Assembly: GCF_006345805.1 (NCBI RefSeq)
Contig: NC_043005.1
Span: 86,118,001-86,182,000 of the forward strand
Direction: 5' to 3'
Source: Octopus sinensis
Lineage: Eukaryota
DNA: 64,000 nt
Part shown: positions 38,985 through 52,898 of the stretch, piece by piece
Position numbering within the stretch: position 1 is the first letter of the stretch
Layout of the letters: each line of letters starts with the position of its first letter
Notes under the pieces: generated by a model
Databases searched by the model: none
What the model saw: only the letters and a program-made list of their open reading frames with translations
Told to the model about the DNA's origin: nothing
Program-made: the position numbers and the translations under genes

Positions 38985-39880
38985 TATCTTTCCATCTAGC
39001 TATCTATATATCTCTCTATATATATATTTATATATATCCATAAATATATAATACATGTGGTATATATATTCTATAAATATCGATATGTATTATATATATA
39101 ATAGACATATACATGGCGTCTGTACATATATATATATATATATATGTGCGAGTGTGTGTATATATGTATGTATGCACATGGATATATATGTGTATGTAAA
39201 AACAAATGAGTATATTTAGATATGTATATATATATGTATAGATACATACATATATATATATATATATACATATAGAGTAAATCCCCCCACCCCATAAAAA
39301 CGAAAAACGCGCACCAGGAAAAACAATAACGCGAGGGACATGGTAGATGCAAAGTATTAGCAGAGGCTCAGCGAAGGAAAGAAAGGTGGCTTTTATATTT
39401 CGAGCAAAGCTCTTATTGAGAAACAGGAGACAGAGGAAAGTCCAAGAGAAAAGGAAGACGGAGGGGTAAAAGCCGCCAACGATTCACATGTGATTACATT
39501 TTGAAATGACCGGAAGGGAATGGGTGAAGGAAAAGTTCTTTCTAAGACAGGAGAGTGTAAGAGAAAGAGATATGTGGGTGTGCGCGCGTCTGTGTGTGTG
39601 TGTGTGTGTGCGTGTGTATGTGTGAGTGGTATTTGTGTGGTTTGGCTGAGTATATGTGTCTGTGTGTTGAATAAGAATTCACTGCTCATATATGAATTGT
39701 TATCGTTAATATCAGTATTATTACCCTCATAATAAACAACCGTTATACTTCTTATTAATCTCCCTTTATCCTGAACATTATCGTCATAGCAGGGACTTCA
39801 CACTGATTTTGATGCTTGAGAACGATAAGGGACTCTCCCTAAAATAACTGTAACTGGTTGTTGAAACTACATATTTCTAG

Positions 39881-40050
39881 ATTATTAACATTTGACGGAT
39901 TTTTGTCCTCATCTTGTTTGTTGTTAAGACAGCGTTTCGGCTGATTTACCCTCCGTGAGCATATGGCATAGTAAAGAGCGCGGGCTACTAACTACAAGAT
40001 TCCAAGTTCGATTCCAGGCAGTGACCTGAATAATAATAGTAATAATAATA

Positions 40051-40117
<67 letters not shown>

Positions 40118-40326
40118 TTAATAATAATAATAATAATAACAACAACAACAACAACAACATCCAAAAGTATTTTAGGAATGAGACCCCAGGTTTGAAATTT
40201 CCCCAAGCCACCTGATGAAGGCTGGAGGGTATACCAGCTGAAACGTTGTGTTAAAAACAAACAAGATGAGGACAAATATCCGTCAAATGTAAATAAGGTA
40301 AACAATTCCTCATCTCTTAAATATAG
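39881..40326 (+). mobile_element. tRNA-headed, (AAT)n-containing, hammerhead-bearing element (family E) preceded by an inverted partial copy of its own 3' part
   Basis: Inverted piece 39881-39954; tRNA-like head 39955-40028 (TGGCATAGT, GTTCGATTCC); (AAT)n(AAC)n 40029-40158; body 40159-40326 with the hammerhead. Confidence 0.8.
40207..40252 (+). ncRNA. Type I hammerhead motif (family E)
   Basis: gcCAC-CTGATGA-A-GGCTGG-agggtata-CCAGCT-GAAAC-GTT-GTGtt. Intact core, 6-bp helix II, loop-less ACGT helix III, helix I CAC/GTG. Confidence 0.7.
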
Positions 40327-40347
40327 CACTGTACATATTTCTATTCC

Positions 40348-40383
<36 letters not shown>

Positions 40384-40643
40384 GTTCTTTCTTACTTGCT
40401 CCTTCCTTATTTCCTTTTATTCATTTTTATATTCTTTTTTCATTCTTTTCGTCTTCCTTTCTCCTTTTCCTTCTTTCCTATTCCTTCGTTTCTTTCATAC
40501 CTGCTTTTTTTTTCCTGTTTGGTTTTAAAACCAATTTATCCTTCGTTTTGCGTTATGGCAATCGCCCCAATCCCATTTGTTTGCCATATTTGTTTTATCT
40601 CCAAAATTTTCGGTGCTCTTGGCCAATAAATTTAACAATCATT

Positions 40644-40695
<52 letters not shown>

Positions 40696-41287
40696 ACACC
40701 ACCACCACCACCACCATCATCCCCATCATCATCGTCATCATCATCATCCTTTTTATTTTATTTTCCGGAGTAGCAACTGTTTACGCACTTCCGAGGCGTG
40801 CCAGGCGTCTGAGAAACGAAATCAAAGCGGTGGGGAGAAGTCTGAGAGTCCGAAACGACCAACGAACGGACCCGCTGGTGTCGGCAATGCGTATGATCAC
40901 GAAGGAACCAACGGGGGAGTGTGTGAGCGAGCACAGCGGTTAGGAGAGGCGTGGCAGAGTTTGACAACGACAGCAATGGTGACGCTCTCACGTGTGGACG
41001 GACGTGTTGGCGACGGCACATTGAGGACTCGCCGTCGTTGTAGGATCAAGAGGCACGTACTCGCATCAGCGATCGCAAAGCCGACCAGAGCGACGAGAGT
41101 TACCCTCCTATACAATAAACTAGTGCAATCAGCAAGGCCCCCTCCCCCTCCTCCTTCTTCTTCCTCCTCCTCGTCTTTGTCCTCCTCCACTTCCTCTTCG
41201 TCCTCGTCTTCGTCCTCGTCCTCCTCCTCCTCGTTGTCCCCTTCCTCGTTCTCCCCGCCGCCGTCGTCGTCGTCGTCCTCCTCCTCT

Positions 41288-41363
<76 letters not shown>

Positions 41364-41384
41364 TATTATTATTATTATTATTAG

Positions 41385-41585
41385 GGCGGTGAAGTGGCAG
41401 AACTGTTAGCACGCCAGCTAAAATGCTTAGCTGCATTTCGTCCGTCTTCACGTTTTGAGATCAAATTGGACTTTGCCCTTCATCCTTTCGGTGTCGATAA
41501 ATTAAGTACCAGTAAAACGCTATGGTTGATGTAATCGACTAGCCCCGATCCCACCAAATTTCAGGCCTCGTACCTATATTAGAAA
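41385..41585 (+). mobile_element. SINE family A' (family A head and centre, alternative tail)
   Basis: GTGGCAGAACTGTTAGCACGCC...CTTTGCCCTTCATCCTTTCGGTGTCGATAAATTAAGTACCAG...AAATTTCAGGCCTCGTACCTA. Confidence 0.8.
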
Positions 41586-41864
41586 AGATTATTATCACTA
41601 ATTACTATTTAAGGCCGGGAAATGGCAGAACCGTTAACACGCCAGGCAAAATGTTTTTCGACGCTTCGTTCGATTTTACATTCTGAGTTCAAGTCACGCT
41701 TAAGTCGATCTGGCCGTTCGTTCTTAAGAGGTCCCCCCGAATTTCTTAAATGTGAGCCAAAATTTGAAGCCATTATCGTTATCTTTATCATCACTTCGTC
41801 AATCGGCATCATTCGTACAGATCTTATAATGTGGTTGTATGTGCCTTATATATTTGTAGTGTTT

Positions 41865-42250
41865 TGTATACTGTGGCCAACCTCTGTCAGAACTGGGAGG
41901 AGACGAAGCTTTCCTTTAAGGGTCGAATAGAGGTGGCGAATGCCTACATGTCCTTTGTAATATCTTACTGTGGTCGTTGTCTTTGTTCCTGTTCACTTTT
42001 GGATGTACCGGAGCGTCAACTTTTCCACTCTGTATGGAAAGGAGGAGCTCCACTTACTGGCGGTCATCAGCGCCTTCTGGAAGTTATGCTTGAGATGTCG
42101 TGGCTTCTGATGCTGGTCGTCCAGGAAAATCTGCTAGACGCTGAACCACCAACTGATTTTCCTAGTTGGCACTTTCAATGATTGAATGAGACGTCATTCT
42201 GCAATTCATCTCTCTTAGGAAACACTATTGGGCACCTTTCACTTGAAATG
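41865..42250 (+). mobile_element. Decayed L1/Tx1-like LINE fragment (region C-terminal to the RT core)
   Basis: W...KLSFKGRIEVANAY...I.Y...ERQLF..VWKG..PL resembles the W..R.LS.KGR...N...WKG pattern of L1/Tx1 ORF2. Confidence 0.6.
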
Positions 42251-43872
42251 TTGCAATGTGCTCACTACTTTTTATTAATCGAGCGATGCGGTCTGTGGAA
42301 ATTCAATGTTAACAATATATAGAGATCTAGTGACAGGTAAGGTTAGTCACATTCTCGAAGAAACTCTCGACGTCGACGAGGACGAAATAGCTATTGTTAT
42401 TCGAGGACGAAATAGTTAATGTTATGCATGTCTGTGGAGTACTCCTCCATTCCTGAGTTAATTTTATCCTCGTGTGACAATGAAAAGTGAAATTGACATC
42501 CAATATTTGCTGTGTATATGTATCTATGTATGTACTTTACCTTCAATTTATGTATTTGCTGTCTCTCTCCCTTTCTCTCTCATTTCCGTTGTGTCCCTCT
42601 TCTCCTCCGCTTCTAATTTAACAATGTGTATATGTATCTAGTTTTCTTGAGATGTGACAAACATTTATAAACACAAAGCCAACGCCGTCACCATTCACTA
42701 TCTCTTTCACTCCCTCTCTTTCTCTCTCACACTCTCATTTTCCCTCTCCCTCTCCTTTTCTCCCTCTCTCTCTCACACACTATCTCTCTCTTGCTTCCTC
42801 TATATCCTCCTCCCTCTCACTTTGCCACTTCTTTGAAGTAAGTGTGACGAACACAACTGTTACGTACAAAAACAAAAAATTAGCGTATTAATACTATTGA
42901 TAATATCAACAGCCCCATTCTATTTTAAACTGCTGGGCTGGATGGTAATAAAAAGAATAACATGAGAAGGTTAACAGGTATTGATGTGGTAAAGAATACC
43001 ACGAATAATGGCGATAGCTCATCGTGATGTTTGTGGAAGATTTCTTCTTTAGTCTTCATCGAGTTAATCTGTGATCAAGGACATTCCTGTCATAACACCC
43101 ACTCTTTTATTTAACATTACATTGTCTAACTGTCTTTTTCTTAAAGTGTCAGTGTTGCGAAGAGGAAGGTGTTACTATTTTTATCATGCCTGACTACCGT
43201 GAAGAGAGGTTCCCAGTGGCTCAAAAAATGTTTTGTTGTTGTTGTTGTATTAATGATGATCGGCTGATATTTAAGGAAAAATAGGATTGTGGTGTTTATG
43301 GAGGTCGCGCCGGAAACGGTGTTTGTGGTAGAAATATTGGACCTTTCAGCGACTACGATGCTGCAGCTGCTGCTATTATTGGTGATAGAAAAGATAACAG
43401 TGATGAGCAGTTTCAGAATGAATGAGCGTTAGAGAAAACATAATATATAAGGAACATTTTGATATTTATATATATAAATATATATATATGTATTTATATA
43501 TATATACATATATGTATGTATATATAAATATACATATATATATGTATAATATTGTATATAACATATATGGATTGTATATGTATATACATATATGTATGTA
43601 TATTTATATACATATATATATTTATTTATATATATGTATAATATATATATATACATATATGTATGTATATATAATATACATATATATATGTATATATATG
43701 TATATACATATATGTATGTATATGTATATACATATATGTATGTATATTATATACATATATATATATTTATTTATATATATGTATATTATATATATACACA
43801 TATATATATAGATATATTAATATATATATATATAACTATATATATGTATATATATTATATATTTTATATATA

Positions 43873-43914
<42 letters not shown>

Positions 43915-44117
43915 AGAAATCATTTCGTAAGTTACTTGATTCATTTTCACCATATGTCTTAATTAGTGCCTTTATGTAGGTGGTAATTAATTTAAGTAGT
44001 TGGTGGATTTAGCTGAGAGGGTTGGTGTCTCCTATTAGAAGTTTTGTAGAAATAATTCACTGTTAATATTACTTTTCACAAAAGCAACCATCTGGAAGAA
44101 TCTTTACAATGCTTAGC

Positions 44118-44280
44118 GGCATTTCGTTCGTTTTTAAGTTCGGAGTTCAAACTCCGCCGAGGTCTCTGTTACTTTTCATCATTTCTAGGTCGATAAAATT
44201 AATACTAGCTGAATACTGGGGTCGATATAGTCAGCTGATACCCTTCCCCGAATTTCCTGGCTTTGAACCAAAACTGGGAA
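44118..44280 (+). mobile_element. SINE family A', 5'-truncated
   Basis: ATGCTTAGCGGCATTTCG...GAGTTCAAACTCCGCCGAGGTC...GGTCGATAAAATTAATAC. Confidence 0.7.
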
Positions 44281-45741
44281 TCAATATTTCTCTTCACTCT
44301 CAATAGTTTTTAATACCCATATTTACTACCAAAGCAAACTTCAAACTGGAATAAAGTAACATTCATTTTTTTATATATAGTGGTACCTGAGAGCAAGAAC
44401 ATTGCCATTCAGGCCTGCATTAATCTAACAGTAATATATTTCTTCAGCCACTCTTAGTAATGTGATTCGCTATGGACACGATATTAGATAAATAACGATA
44501 TTCGGTTTAATGTTATTATTACAGCGATACTTTACTAAAAGTAACTGCTTACCATACATTGCAGTGACAAATCAAATACTTGCACATATTTCTAGTTTTA
44601 TTAGCTTAGCTACAACTAACAGCACATATTTTAACCCTTTTTATTCGCGCTTTCATGATAATTGATCGTAAATAAACACCTAACATGAGAAAGCTGCAAT
44701 GAAGGACACTGAATCACAACTCATGGATTATAGTAGACATTCGTTATGGCAAACATATGTATTTTATACATTGTAGACAATGATATTTTCCATAAGATTT
44801 CTACTAATGCTTCTGCCAGTGTCTCTGTATGCTAGTGTTTAAATATTTTCATATACATGATATGGAGAGAGAAGGAGTGAAGGCTGTATGAGCTGTCTTA
44901 TTGCACTCAGTCACTATGAAGCGAACATAATGCTAGAGAAGATCGATAAATGAAGGAAACATTGAATTATTGACAGGATTTGACATATTTCATTATGGAT
45001 CCTGTGCAGTTATGTCAACTCTCTGCATCCATATAACATCCGGTTAACTTGCTGTAATTGGCACCGTGTTATGTCATGAAGGAGGATGTTGGAGAAAGTG
45101 AAAGTCAGAGGGAGAAAGAGAGAGAGAGATGAGAGAATGAGAGAGAGGACATAGAGAGAGAGAGAGGACATAGAGAGAGAGAGAGAGAGAGTTAAAAGGG
45201 AAGACCGGTCAAGAACCACATTACAGGACATATATAAAACTACGTATGTATATGTGAAATGTGTGTATACATTTGTTGGTATATCTTGGCATGTGTGTAT
45301 ATGTGTTTCTATGTAGCTGCGCGTTTATGCGTAGGTAATATCAGTGTGCGATTATGTATGTCAGTAAATCTACCCGAAATGTTGGAACATTAAGGCTATT
45401 AACGAAACATGGTGTGACGTATAGCACAAGCCGTTGTCTGTGTATGTCATATTTAATACGAGGGATTCTTGATATAAAGTACAGATAAACTGAGAATAAG
45501 CGAAGGAAGCGTTGAGAATATTTATATTATGAGTAAAATATGTGTAAATATGTGTAAAATATTATGTGTAAAGAATGTGTAGGAAACATATAGGGAAGGT
45601 GTATTTGAGAAGGCATATGTAATTTTCTGAACTGAATGTCTTTCGCTTTGTGTAATATATGCGCACACACACACACAACACACAAACACACACAAACACA
45701 CACCGCATATAATATATATATATGTATATAATATATCTATA

Positions 45742-45783
<42 letters not shown>

Positions 45784-46289
45784 TGTAAGTATGTATTGTG
45801 TATATATATATATTTCGTTTTTGGATTTGGTTTGCAAGATTTTTTATGCGAGTTCGTGTGTTGAAGCCTATTCTGTTGTGTGTGGGGAGAGTAATTCTCT
45901 TTTGGTACCTTATAATTTAACACACCCACCGGTAAAAACTATTGATGACTTTGCAAAACGCAACGAAAATTTTAGAAAATAAAAAAATAAAAAATAAATA
46001 AGTGGAAATTTTACCGGGGGCTGTGTTAGATTAAGGCACCAAAATAGAATGATTCTCCCCAGACACAACACTATATATATAAGAAATTTTGGTATCCAGA
46101 AACTTCAAACCTTTCTTCTAAACACTTGCACAAAATTCCTTTCAAGAACTTCATTTACATCAGTATTTCTCAACCATTCTTTGACTGTGCACCGCTTTGA
46201 TTCCTGTTTTACTGGGGGTGTGGTCCCTTCTCAATGCTTAAAAAATCCTGTTATCAAGGTTACATACAAGGATTAAGATGCACGCTTAC

Positions 46290-46321
46290 CTGTGTGGTAA
46301 GAAACTGAAAGTAGCTCGTCG

Positions 46322-46352
<31 letters not shown>

Positions 46353-46565
46353 CATACGATGGGCTTCTTTCAGTTTCCGTCTACTAAACCCACTCCAAAG
46401 GGTGTGATGGGCCCGAGGCTACAGTAGAAAAACTCTCGTCGAAGGAGCTACTTAGTGGGACTGAACCTGGAACCACGAGGTTGGTTAGCAAGCTACATAC
46501 TACACAGCCACTCCTGCGCCTATACATATACACATACAGACATATATATATATATATATATATAT

Positions 46566-46628
<63 letters not shown>

Positions 46629-46880
46629 TGTATGTATGTATGTATGCATGTATGTATGCATATATATTCATGAATGTGTGTCTTTGTCTCTGTTTGTCCC
46701 CAATCTAGGTGCTGGTGTTTTGTGCTTGTAACATAGCGTTTCAATAAAAGAGACCGATAGATTAAGTACCAGGCTAAAAGAGAAAATATTATTTGTAGTG
46801 TGGTCGATTCGTTCGACTTGAAATTCTTCAAGGCCATGCCGTAGCATGGCTGCAGTCTAATGCTGAAAGGAGTAACCTGT
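46290..46880. mobile_element. Rearranged SINE family C: plus-strand copy with an inverted 5' module nested at the central microsatellite
   Basis: Collapsed plus head 46290-46322; minus 5' module about 46345-46517; microsatellites; plus 3' module about 46675-46880. Confidence 0.65.
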
Positions 46881-47564
46881 AAAAGAGAATATTTTCATAA
46901 TTAAATATTAAGATAAGATTTGTATTAAAAATTAAGATATTTCGTATAATGTAGGAGCAGATCCAGTTTATTAGACATAAATTTTTACAACAAAATCTTA
47001 TAAAGACCCCGCCATCAGGGGTCATCTGAATGACGGTTAAGAACCACTGATCTAGATGTTTGCTACAAATATAAAGCCATATATGGCCAATCGGAGGATA
47101 AACTGCACTGATTTCTTATTTGATGGTGCGTGGAATTGTTTAGAGACAAATAAAGTAGAAAAAAACTTCTTCGTATTGAGTTTCAAAATATCCATCAAAA
47201 ATTACGCTATAACACTCTTAATACATTTATACACCGTATTGATGCCATAAATCTCGTTCTTCCGTTCTTTCGTAGACGAAAACAGTAATACTATTAGTAT
47301 CGATATCACGCACCCATTAAAATCAATTACTTTGTCATAGTAATTGCTTTCATAGATAAGAAACCTTAGTAGTGTGATTTTCACTCATCTCTACTGGTTG
47401 GTTTGGTAAACAACATTCAAGTGAGAGGTCATGGCCAGATGCGACGTTCATTGTTGTGTTATCCACCAGAAACTTTTTAGCTTACCGACATCACAATTGG
47501 AACCGAAATAACATTCGGAATATACACACATGAAGTGTTCTATTTAGAAATAATAAGTAGCTAA

Positions 47565-47595
<31 letters not shown>

Positions 47596-47657
47596 TACAC
47601 ACAAGTGTGTGTGGGTATGTGTGTATATGTAATATACGTATATATATATGCATGTAC

Positions 47658-47689
<32 letters not shown>

Positions 47690-47719
47690 GTATGTTATAT
47701 ATGTATATATATGTATCTA

Positions 47720-47753
<34 letters not shown>

Positions 47754-47756
47754 TAT

Positions 47757-47940
47757 AACTATCTACACACATTTTTCTCTTTTGTTTCTCACCTTGTTTT
47801 TTTCTGTGCCCCTTTCTGTAGAAGAGCGTAGGCTCGAAACGTAAAAGACTTTTTCTATTCCTAAGCGTTATACTAATACATCTGTTTGTTTTGTACACCA
47901 CCTGTCTTCGTCTTTTTTTTTTCGTAAACTCTCCCTATAT
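47757..47940 (+). mobile_element. Penelope-like terminal module related to 2138-2332
   Basis: Between TA-rich tracts; contains the motif at 47812-47847 and TTCCTAAGCGT. Confidence 0.6.
47812..47847 (+). ncRNA. Minimal type I hammerhead motif with one core substitution
   Basis: CTTT-CTGTAGA-A-GAGC-gtag-GCTC-GAAAC-GTA-AAAG. Helices I and II intact, GUA triplet, A6 is T. Confidence 0.55.
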
Positions 47941-48473
47941 ATAACTATCATTATATATGTGTGTGTGTGTGAGTGTGTTTGTGTGTATGTATGTGTGTTT
48001 GTGTGTGTGTTTGTGTGTGTATGAAATGAGATTCAAACACATTTTCTGTCAAATAAATAGGAGTGGTGAGCAGATTAACATTTTCTCTCACTTTCATTCG
48101 GTAAATACTAAAATTTACGTACCATTAGGTATTACTAGTTAAGTACCAAGTATATTGATGCACCATAACAAGAGTCGCAAAAATAAAATTTACTGAACGC
48201 CTCACTTACTTCTTCGCTCTTTCTACACATCCTAAATTTTGAACTAAGATACAAATAATATATTAGAATCAAAGATAATGCATGAGAATGTTGTGAGTAA
48301 TGTCCAATAATGTACTTGATTTACGCATCACTGAATAATTTAAGATGTAATAATATCACGTGTGATATAGAAGTAACATGTTTTTTTTCCATGTGCTCTC
48401 TCTCTCCCTCTATATATATATATAAATATATATATATACATATATTAGAAGGTTTGGAGATGATGTACACACA

Positions 48474-48541
<68 letters not shown>

Positions 48542-48590
48542 GGGTTGGAGACGATGTACAGGTATTTTATACATTCTTTCAGATACAAAA

Positions 48591-48629
<39 letters not shown>

Positions 48630-48868
48630 GCTCTCTCTCACTTTCTCCCCATTCATCACCCTCTTGTACTATCTCATATCGCTCCCCAACACTACACACT
48701 CAATAACACTATAAAAATGGTCAAATTTTTTCACAAGAACTTAGTTCAATTTGAAAACTCCACTAGAATGGGCGATATATGATGTATAAAAACATGTAAT
48801 ATACAAATAAATATCTGTAAATAAAAAACATCCGAATTTCTGAGTACCTCATTTCTTCTAATATATAT

Positions 48869-48913
<45 letters not shown>

Positions 48914-48932
48914 ATATATGCATGTATGTATA

Positions 48933-49015
<83 letters not shown>

Positions 49016-50094
49016 GAATATATATATATATGAGGAGTAATTCAGGGAAGAGTTTGGAGTCGCAAACAAAGATTGTCACTAATCTGCATCCTGTACGCTT
49101 AGCGGCGGGAAATTGTATTTTACAATGCTCGTTCGCACATTGGTAAATTGGATCATTGACGGTTTCGATGAGCCTATTTCTTTTAATGCGAGAAATTCAG
49201 TACAAATTTTACGATTAATTATTATCACCAATAACCACATATATCGTGCATTGGGTTAACTGTCACCTTGTCGAATGCATAATATTGGATTTTGCCAAGA
49301 CCTTGCAAGCAAGTTTTATCGAGTAGCTAGAATATTAGCATCTGTTTAAACGTTAAATTTCATTAAGAAAATGAAATTTATAGAAAGTGTAAAAATATGA
49401 GGAAAGTTTTAAAATCCGATCGTAAATACAATATATGAAATAGAAGAATAAGTACATGTGCGTTAATTATTAAAATATATTTCGCTTCATGAAGAAATTA
49501 GCAGCGTGTTTCGAAATATTTCAGTTATTTGTCTACAGTTCATTATTTTCTACCATGGCTGTCAAATGATCAAATGATTACCATACTTGCAACAATAAAA
49601 TTTTAATGTTTGTTTTAACTGATTAGACAAATGAATAATTAATAAAATATGACCAGGAAAGGAGAGTTGGAAAATGTAACACCAAAAGCTAGCAACATTA
49701 GTGAGATTACAGTGATTTGTGAAGAGTGCGGATATTTATTGCTATCATCTTCATAATCACAATTGGAATTTGTTTATTTAATGCCAACTATAGACCCATT
49801 ACCATTAATACATCATTGCAATTAATGCCTTACAGCATTTTGTCGCTTCTATCCATGTGCTGTGTATTTAGGTTTGCTGTGTTTTTCTTTAGCAATTTAT
49901 TTAAACGAAATTTATGAAATAAATTAACAGTTACACACAGATTGTTTTATATGTGCCTCGTCATGATGTCACTAACAAAATCTCTGTGAAATACTAAGTG
50001 AAATAATATTTATATTATGTAAATTCTGTGAATAGAATCACTTATTTATCGTCCAGTACTATTACAATTTTCATCAATAAGAAGTAATATAAAT

Positions 50095-50312
50095 ATTGGC
50101 TTCATCTTTTGGCACAAGGCCAGCAACGTTGGAGACGAGGGTAAGTCAATTAAATCAATCCCAGAGCTGAACTGGGACTTTTTTTATCGACTCCCGAGAG
50201 ATGAAATGTAAAGCCAATATCAGAGGGATTTGAACTCAGAACGTGAAAATGGACGAAATGACGCTAAGCATTCAGGTCCGGCATGCTAACGATTCTGCCA
50301 TCTCACCGCCTT
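50095..50312 (-). mobile_element. SINE family A', diverged
   Basis: TTTGGCACAAGGCC...GATTTGAACTCAGAACGTG...GCTAACGATTCTGCCATCTCACCGCC. Confidence 0.75.
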
Positions 50313-51102
50313 AAATAATATAAATATTATTATCTGAAATAGAAAATGCCTAATAATTTTAACGTATTTGTAATAAAAAAAACCCCCCCAAAAAAGCAAG
50401 CAAACGTACCTTAGAATGTGTTTTATGGAATTGAGAGGAGAGGAAATAAATCGCATCGTGTTCGGTGATGAAAATTTCACAGATGAATGATTTTCTTTCT
50501 TTTCCTGGAAATCAACCGATTTCACATTTGTAGTATAAAACATTGTTACAAAACAGAACGAGATGTCTACTATGGATGAAACTTTTAGATCTTCTAGATG
50601 CATCTGCCTCTCTCATTATCCTGATTTTTTTTTTATGTTTCCCTGACACATAAATCACCAATCGCTACCTCAAACCTTAACATAGCAGAACTGAAAAACC
50701 CTTTGAAATTCCGTTCCTACTTCCATCCATAAACTGATAAAACTTTATGATTAGCATAAACACATTGATGTCATCGTTATGGAATATGATCCAAGTTATA
50801 TGATTGTTGTACTCTTTCATCAGAAGACCTAATAGGGACAGGAGACAATAATTCTAGATGTAAACTGGATCGAGGGAAGCGTTTTGACACAATAACGAAC
50901 GACCAGCGACATTATAACGTGGCCTTACAAGACTTTACAAAGTTGATTAGCTCCGCATCTAAAATTGTTTCAAATGCTAGCACAAGGCCTTCAATCATTC
51001 AGTGCGAGGGAGTTAGGCTTGACTTACACGGTACTTGACTGGTACTTTATTTTATCGATTGTCTCGAGGGTCTTTGAATTCAGTAAATGCAAATTACTGG
51101 AA

Positions 51103-51504
51103 GAAATACCTATTTACCCCACAAGGGGCTAAACACAGAGAGGACAAACAAATATAGACAAACGGATTAAGTCGATTACATGGACCCCAGTGTGTAACTG
51201 GTACATAATTTATCGACCTCGAAAGGATGAAAAGCAAAGTCAACCTCGGCGGAATTTGAACTCAGAAAGTTACGGCAGACGAATTACCTATTTCTTTACT
51301 ACCCACTGAGGAGAAAAACAAGGACATACAAAGGGATTAAGTCGATTACATCGACCAAGTGCGTAAATAGTACTTATTCAATCTACCCCGAAAAGATGAA
51401 AGGCAAAGTCCACCTCGGCGGAATTTGAACTCAGAACGTAAAGGCAGACGAAATACAGCTAAGCATTTCGCCCGGCGTGCTAACGTTTCTGTCAGTTCGC
51501 CGCC
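51103..51504 (-). mobile_element. Head-to-tail dimer of SINE family A
   Basis: Full unit 51289-51504 joined to a second unit starting inside the head; junction AAAGAAATA|GGTAATTCGTC at 51288/51289. Confidence 0.85.
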
Positions 51505-51611
51505 TTAAAAACCGTTTAGTATTTTGTCTAACGAGTTAACAGTCCCGCCAGCACTTTTCAGTTCTATCTCTAAAACAAAATATATTTAGCATAGTGTTTT
51601 TGTAGTCATGG

Positions 51612-51985
51612 TACTCCGTCGGTTACGACGACGAGGGTTCCAGTTGAACCGATCAACGGAAGATCCTGCTCGTTAAATTATCGTACAAGTGGCTGAGCGC
51701 TCTATAGACACGTGTACCCTCAACGTAGCTCTCGGGGAGATTCAGTGCGACGCAGAATGTGATAAGGCTGGTCCTTTGAAATGCAGGTACAAGTGAAACA
51801 GGAAGAAAGAGTAAGGGAAGGTTGTGGTGAAAGAATACAGCAGGGTTAGAGACCAACCACTGCCGGAACTCGTGGAACTTTAGGTGTTTTTCACACAATA
51901 AACAGTCACAACGCCCAGTCTGAGAATCGAAACCGCGATCCTTCGACTGTGAGTTCGCTGCCCTAACCACTAGGCCATAGCACGC
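51612..51985 (-). mobile_element. SINE family B, full length
   Basis: Reverse complement of 35093-35465. Confidence 0.9.
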
Positions 51986-52161
51986 TTTTTTAATATAAAT
52001 AAATTTAACAAAAAACTGGTGAATGACTCGATAAGTTTTATCCAGTGCTTAGCTATTAAACATTTGAAAGAACAATGGAGAGAACGAATTTGAATGTTTC
52101 GATTTGATAGCCTCCCAAGTGTTTCAAATCACTTATAGCTCATTTTTTGTTAAAGTATAAG

Positions 52162-52210
<49 letters not shown>

Positions 52211-52541
52211 TCACTGCAAACAGCAAATATCCAAGACTTGTCATTGGAAGAGTACTTATACAGAACAGCACTTAACATGTTCTTCCCACTCATACCATCT
52301 GTTGTCAGATTAGCTCGGGTTTACTGGCTTATTGCAGCCGTCCAGCTTACAGTATTTAATTCCCGAACGTGTAAAGGGATTGCTAACATAAAGGTTATGT
52401 ATTGCCATATATTTATAGCTTGTTTTTCGCTTGGACTTCCTACACAGGCTTAAATGTAGAGGCATAGCTATTTATGTGTGTCCTGCGTGCCCTATGATCT
52501 GTAGGTGTTTATATGTGAATATGTTTGTCGAATCAAACTGC

Positions 52542-52587
<46 letters not shown>

Positions 52588-52835
52588 TTGATGATGATGA
52601 TGATGATGATGATAATAAAAACAATAATAATAAATAACTATATATATATGCATGTATCTATACACACATGTATGCACAGGTAGACAGATATACATAAATG
52701 GGTAAATCTATGGATATATAGGTAACAACACCCACACGCATTCACACACATACACCCACACCCACACTTACCCCACATATATATGCGTCTAGTTTTTGGT
52801 ATAGGTACATAATATATATATATATATATATACAC

Positions 52836-52898
<63 letters not shown>

